10,674 nucleotides of DNA from Fusobacteriota bacterium (GTDB lineage: Bacteria; Fusobacteriota; Fusobacteriia; Fusobacteriales; JBNJFI01). The notes beneath the pieces are model-generated. The model made no database searches and was not told the DNA's origin. It saw only the letters and a list, made by a program, of their open reading frames with translations. Positions 8,844 to 10,674 of the stretch are shown piece after piece. The stretch is from the NCBI GenBank assembly GCA_051746725.1, contig JBNJFI010000071.1:1-10674 (forward strand), written 5' to 3'. The position numbers were made by a program, and so were the translations under genes. Numbering within the stretch: position 1 is the stretch's first letter; each line of letters starts with the position of its first letter.

Positions 8844-8854
8844 GAATTTTGAGG
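8825..8854. promoter_or_regulatory. Two overlapping inverted repeats over the promoter (candidate operator)
   Basis: AAAATTCTT-N8-AAGAATTTT (8825-8850) and CCTCAA-N5-TTGAGG (8838-8854); both cover the -35 box. Confidence 0.45.
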
Positions 8855-8882
8855 CTGTATATAACATTTTACATATATATAA

Positions 8883-8914
8883 CAAAAAAGATCAAATCTC
8901 TCTGATCTTTTTTG
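8883..8914 (-). terminator. Intrinsic terminator after argH
   Basis: CAAAAAAGATCA-N8-TGATCTTTTTTG, perfect 12-bp arms, starting 8 nt past the argH stop; U6 tract on either strand; GC-poor stem. Confidence 0.75.
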
Positions 8915-8922
8915 GATAAATA

Positions 8923-10311
8923 CTAATTTTTAATCTTAATATTTTCAATAAATTGTTTTGCTTTAGAAATTTGTCTATTAACTTCGCTATACGAAGTTCC
9001 TCCATAAGAATTTCTTCCATTTATACATCCTTCTATTGAAACTTTCTCCTGGATATCCTCTTTAAATAAATTAGAAAACTCTTTATAATCTTTTAATTTT
9101 AAATCAGAAATTAAAATATCATTTTTTTCACAGTATAATACAATTTCTCCTACAATCTTATGTGCATCTCTAAAAGGTAATCCCTCTTTTGCTAAATAAT
9201 CTGCTATATCAGTTGCATTGGCAAATCCCGCATATATTGCTTTTTCCATATTTTCTCGATTTATCTTCATAGTAGAAATCATTCCAATAAATACTCTTAA
9301 AGATAATTTAACAGTATCTATCGAATCAAATATTCCTTCTTTATCTTCTTGAGTATCTTTATTGTAAGCCAACGGAAGATTTTTCATTACAGATAATATC
9401 CCCATTAAATCTCCATAAACTCTACCCGTTTTTCCCCTTACTAATTCTGCAGCATCTGGATTTTTCTTTTGTGGCATAATACTAGACCCTGTGGAATATG
9501 TATCTGACAAACTAATAAAATTAAATTCAGTTGTCGACCATATAACAATTTCTTCTGATAATCTAGAAAGGTGCATCATAATCATTGATATAACAAAATT
9601 CAACTCAATAATAAAATCTCTATCACTTACAGTATCTAAACTATTTTCTGTAACTTTAGAAAAATTTAGCTCCTTTGCCACAAATTCCCTATCTATTGGA
9701 AATGTCGTTCCTGCCAGAGCTCCAGCTCCTAAAGGTAATACATTTAAACGTTTGTAACAATCATCCAATCTTTCAATATCTCTTTTTATCATTTCATAAT
9801 ATGCCATAATATGGTGACCAAATAAAATAGGTTGGGCACGCTGCATATGCGTATATCCAGGCAAAATAACATCTTTGTTCTTTTCTGCAACTCTTATAAA
9901 ATTTTTTTCCAATTCTATTAAATATTTTTTTATCTCATCTACTTCTTTTCTTAAATATAATCTTATGTCAAGAGCGACTTGATCATTTCTACTTCTCCCT
10001 GTATGGAGCTTCCCTCCAACATCTCCAATCAATTCAATCAATCTTCTCTCTATATTCATATGTATATCTTCATCTTCTATTTTAAAATCAAAGTTACCTT
10101 CTTCAATTTCTTTTAAAATTTTTTTTAACCCTTTTTTTATTTTATCCCTTTCATCATTATTTATAATATCCTGTTTAGCTAACATTTTTACATGAGCTAT
10201 ACTTCCTTCTATATCTTCTTTATATAACCTCTTATCAAAATTTATTGATGCATTAAATTCATCCATAAGCACATCTGTATTTTCAGTAAATCTTCCACCC
10301 CATAATTTCAT
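8923..10311 (-). CDS. argH: Argininosuccinate lyase
   Basis: MKLWGGRF start, [33 protein letters not shown], signature [27 protein letters not shown]; start set at ATG 10311 because AAGGGAG (10321-10327) directly abuts the track's TTG at 10320. Confidence 0.97.
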   Translation of the reverse strand: MKLWGGRFTENTDVLMDEFNASINFDKRLYKEDIEGSIAHVKMLAKQDIINNDERDKIKKGLKKILKEIEEGNFDFKIEDEDIHMNIERRLIELIGDVGGKLHTGRSRNDQVALDIRLYLRKEVDEIKKYLIELEKNFIRVAEKNKDVILPGYTHMQRAQPILFGHHIMAYYEMIKRDIERLDDCYKRLNVLPLGAGALAGTTFPIDREFVAKELNFSKVTENSLDTVSDRDFIIELNFVISMIMMHLSRLSEEIVIWSTTEFNFISLSDTYSTGSSIMPQKKNPDAAELVRGKTGRVYGDLMGILSVMKNLPLAYNKDTQEDKEGIFDSIDTVKLSLRVFIGMISTMKINRENMEKAIYAGFANATDIADYLAKEGLPFRDAHKIVGEIVLYCEKNDILISDLKLKDYKEFSNLFKEDIQEKVSIEGCINGRNSYGGTSYSEVNRQISKAKQFIENIKIKN

Positions 10312-10334
10312 TTCTAACAACTCCCTTCGGTGTT

Positions 10335-10343
10335 ATTTTACCA
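10335..10343 (-). promoter_or_regulatory. Candidate extended -10 promoter of argH
   Basis: TGGTAAAAT on the minus strand just upstream of the RBS, with no good -35; an alternative TATAAT at 10409-10404 also lacks a -35. Confidence 0.4.
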
Positions 10344-10451
10344 TAATCCTTTTAAATTTAAAAGATCTTTTTTAATTTGTATACATAATATTAACATTTT
10401 TAAATTATAAAGATAAAAAATAGAGAGAAAAACAAAAATTGTTCAAAAAAT

Positions 10452-10483
10452 AAAAAAAATATATAGTGAGATCACTATATATT
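10452..10483 (-). terminator. Intrinsic terminator closing the 5S/tRNA (rrn) transcript
   Basis: AATATATAGTGA-GA-TCACTATATATT (10458-10483), 4 nt after the tRNA CCA, followed by a U run on the minus strand. Confidence 0.75.
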
Positions 10484-10487
10484 AAAA

Positions 10488-10563
10488 TGGCTCCCCGAGC
10501 TGGACTTGAACCAGCGACAAAGTGATTAACAGTCACTCGCTCTACCAACTGAGCTATCGGGGA
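10488..10563 (-). tRNA. tRNA-Asn (anticodon GUU), 76 nt, CCA encoded
   Basis: Acceptor stem TCCCCGA/TCGGGGA, D arm GCTC-AGTTGGTA-GAGC, anticodon arm AGTGA-CTGTTAA-TCACT, T arm GCTGG-TTCAAGT-CCAGC, discriminator G then CCA. Confidence 0.98.
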
Positions 10564-10582
10564 ACACTTATTTTCTATTAAA

Positions 10583-10674
10583 AGCTTGGCTAGGTCCTAT
10601 CCTCTCAAGCGGCTGCCCGCTAAATACTTTCGGCGCTGAAAGACTTTACTTCTGGGTTCGATATGTGACCAGGT
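10583..10674 (-). rRNA. rrf: 5S rRNA, 3' portion (5' end lies beyond the window; 3' end approximate)
   Basis: Minus strand reads ACCTGGTCACATATCGAACCCAGAAGTAAAG...AGCGCCGAAAGTA...GAGGATAGG...GCCAAGC, with the CGAAC loop-C motif, the GAAGT and AGCGCCGA blocks and a GCGG-GCAG-CCGC hairpin; followed by a tRNA and terminator. Confidence 0.93.

Noticed and set aside
8849..8879. Divergent plus-strand promoter using TTGAGG at 8849-8854
   Set aside because: The hexamer at 17 nt is CATATA, a poor -10, and any transcript would start inside the argH terminator hairpin
8751..8922. CIRCE, riboswitch or small RNA in the argH-usp intergenic region
   Set aside because: No TTAGCACTC or GAGTGCTAA half-site; the space is explained by terminator, promoter and a ~55-nt leader with no convincing fold
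216..9757. Ten plus-strand ORFs of 61-134 aa in the ORF track
   Set aside because: All lie antisense to well-supported genes, and most have the Ser/Phe/Ile/Leu-rich composition expected from the reverse complement of Lys/Glu-rich coding DNA; I recognise no motifs in them
10377..10396. Possible ArgR ARG box TGTATACATAATATTAAC upstream of argH
   Set aside because: Only one half-site resembles the consensus and there is no tandem second box
1..10674. Mobile element, CRISPR array or island integrated at tRNA-Asn
   Set aside because: No integrase or transposase, no regularly spaced repeats, no duplicated tRNA 3' end seen, and housekeeping argH follows the tRNA directly

Overview
AT-rich bacterial chromosomal window in which every real gene is on the minus strand. 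In transcription order: 3' part of a 5S rRNA (cut by the window edge), tRNA-Asn(GUU), terminator, a solitary argH with its own terminator, then a sigma70-type promoter (TTGAGG-N17-TATAAT, extended -10) overlapped by two inverted repeats. That promoter precedes a tightly packed six-gene run: Usp-like protein, YfcE-family metallophosphoesterase, divergent DnaK/Hsp70, SIMPL/DUF541 protein, pheS, pheT. A perfect palindromic terminator follows, then putP. Most content is housekeeping, and I see no mobile element, CRISPR array or defence system. The most interesting element is the Hsp70. It has no grpE, dnaJ, hrcA or CIRCE nearby, has lost both partners of one nucleotide-cleft salt bridge, carries altered substrate-arch and lid-latch residues, lacks the C-terminal tail and shows a mixed indel signature. 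It looks like a specialised second Hsp70 in a stress-type operon that runs into pheST. Residue equivalences to E. coli DnaK were made by eye from recalled sequence and need a real alignment.
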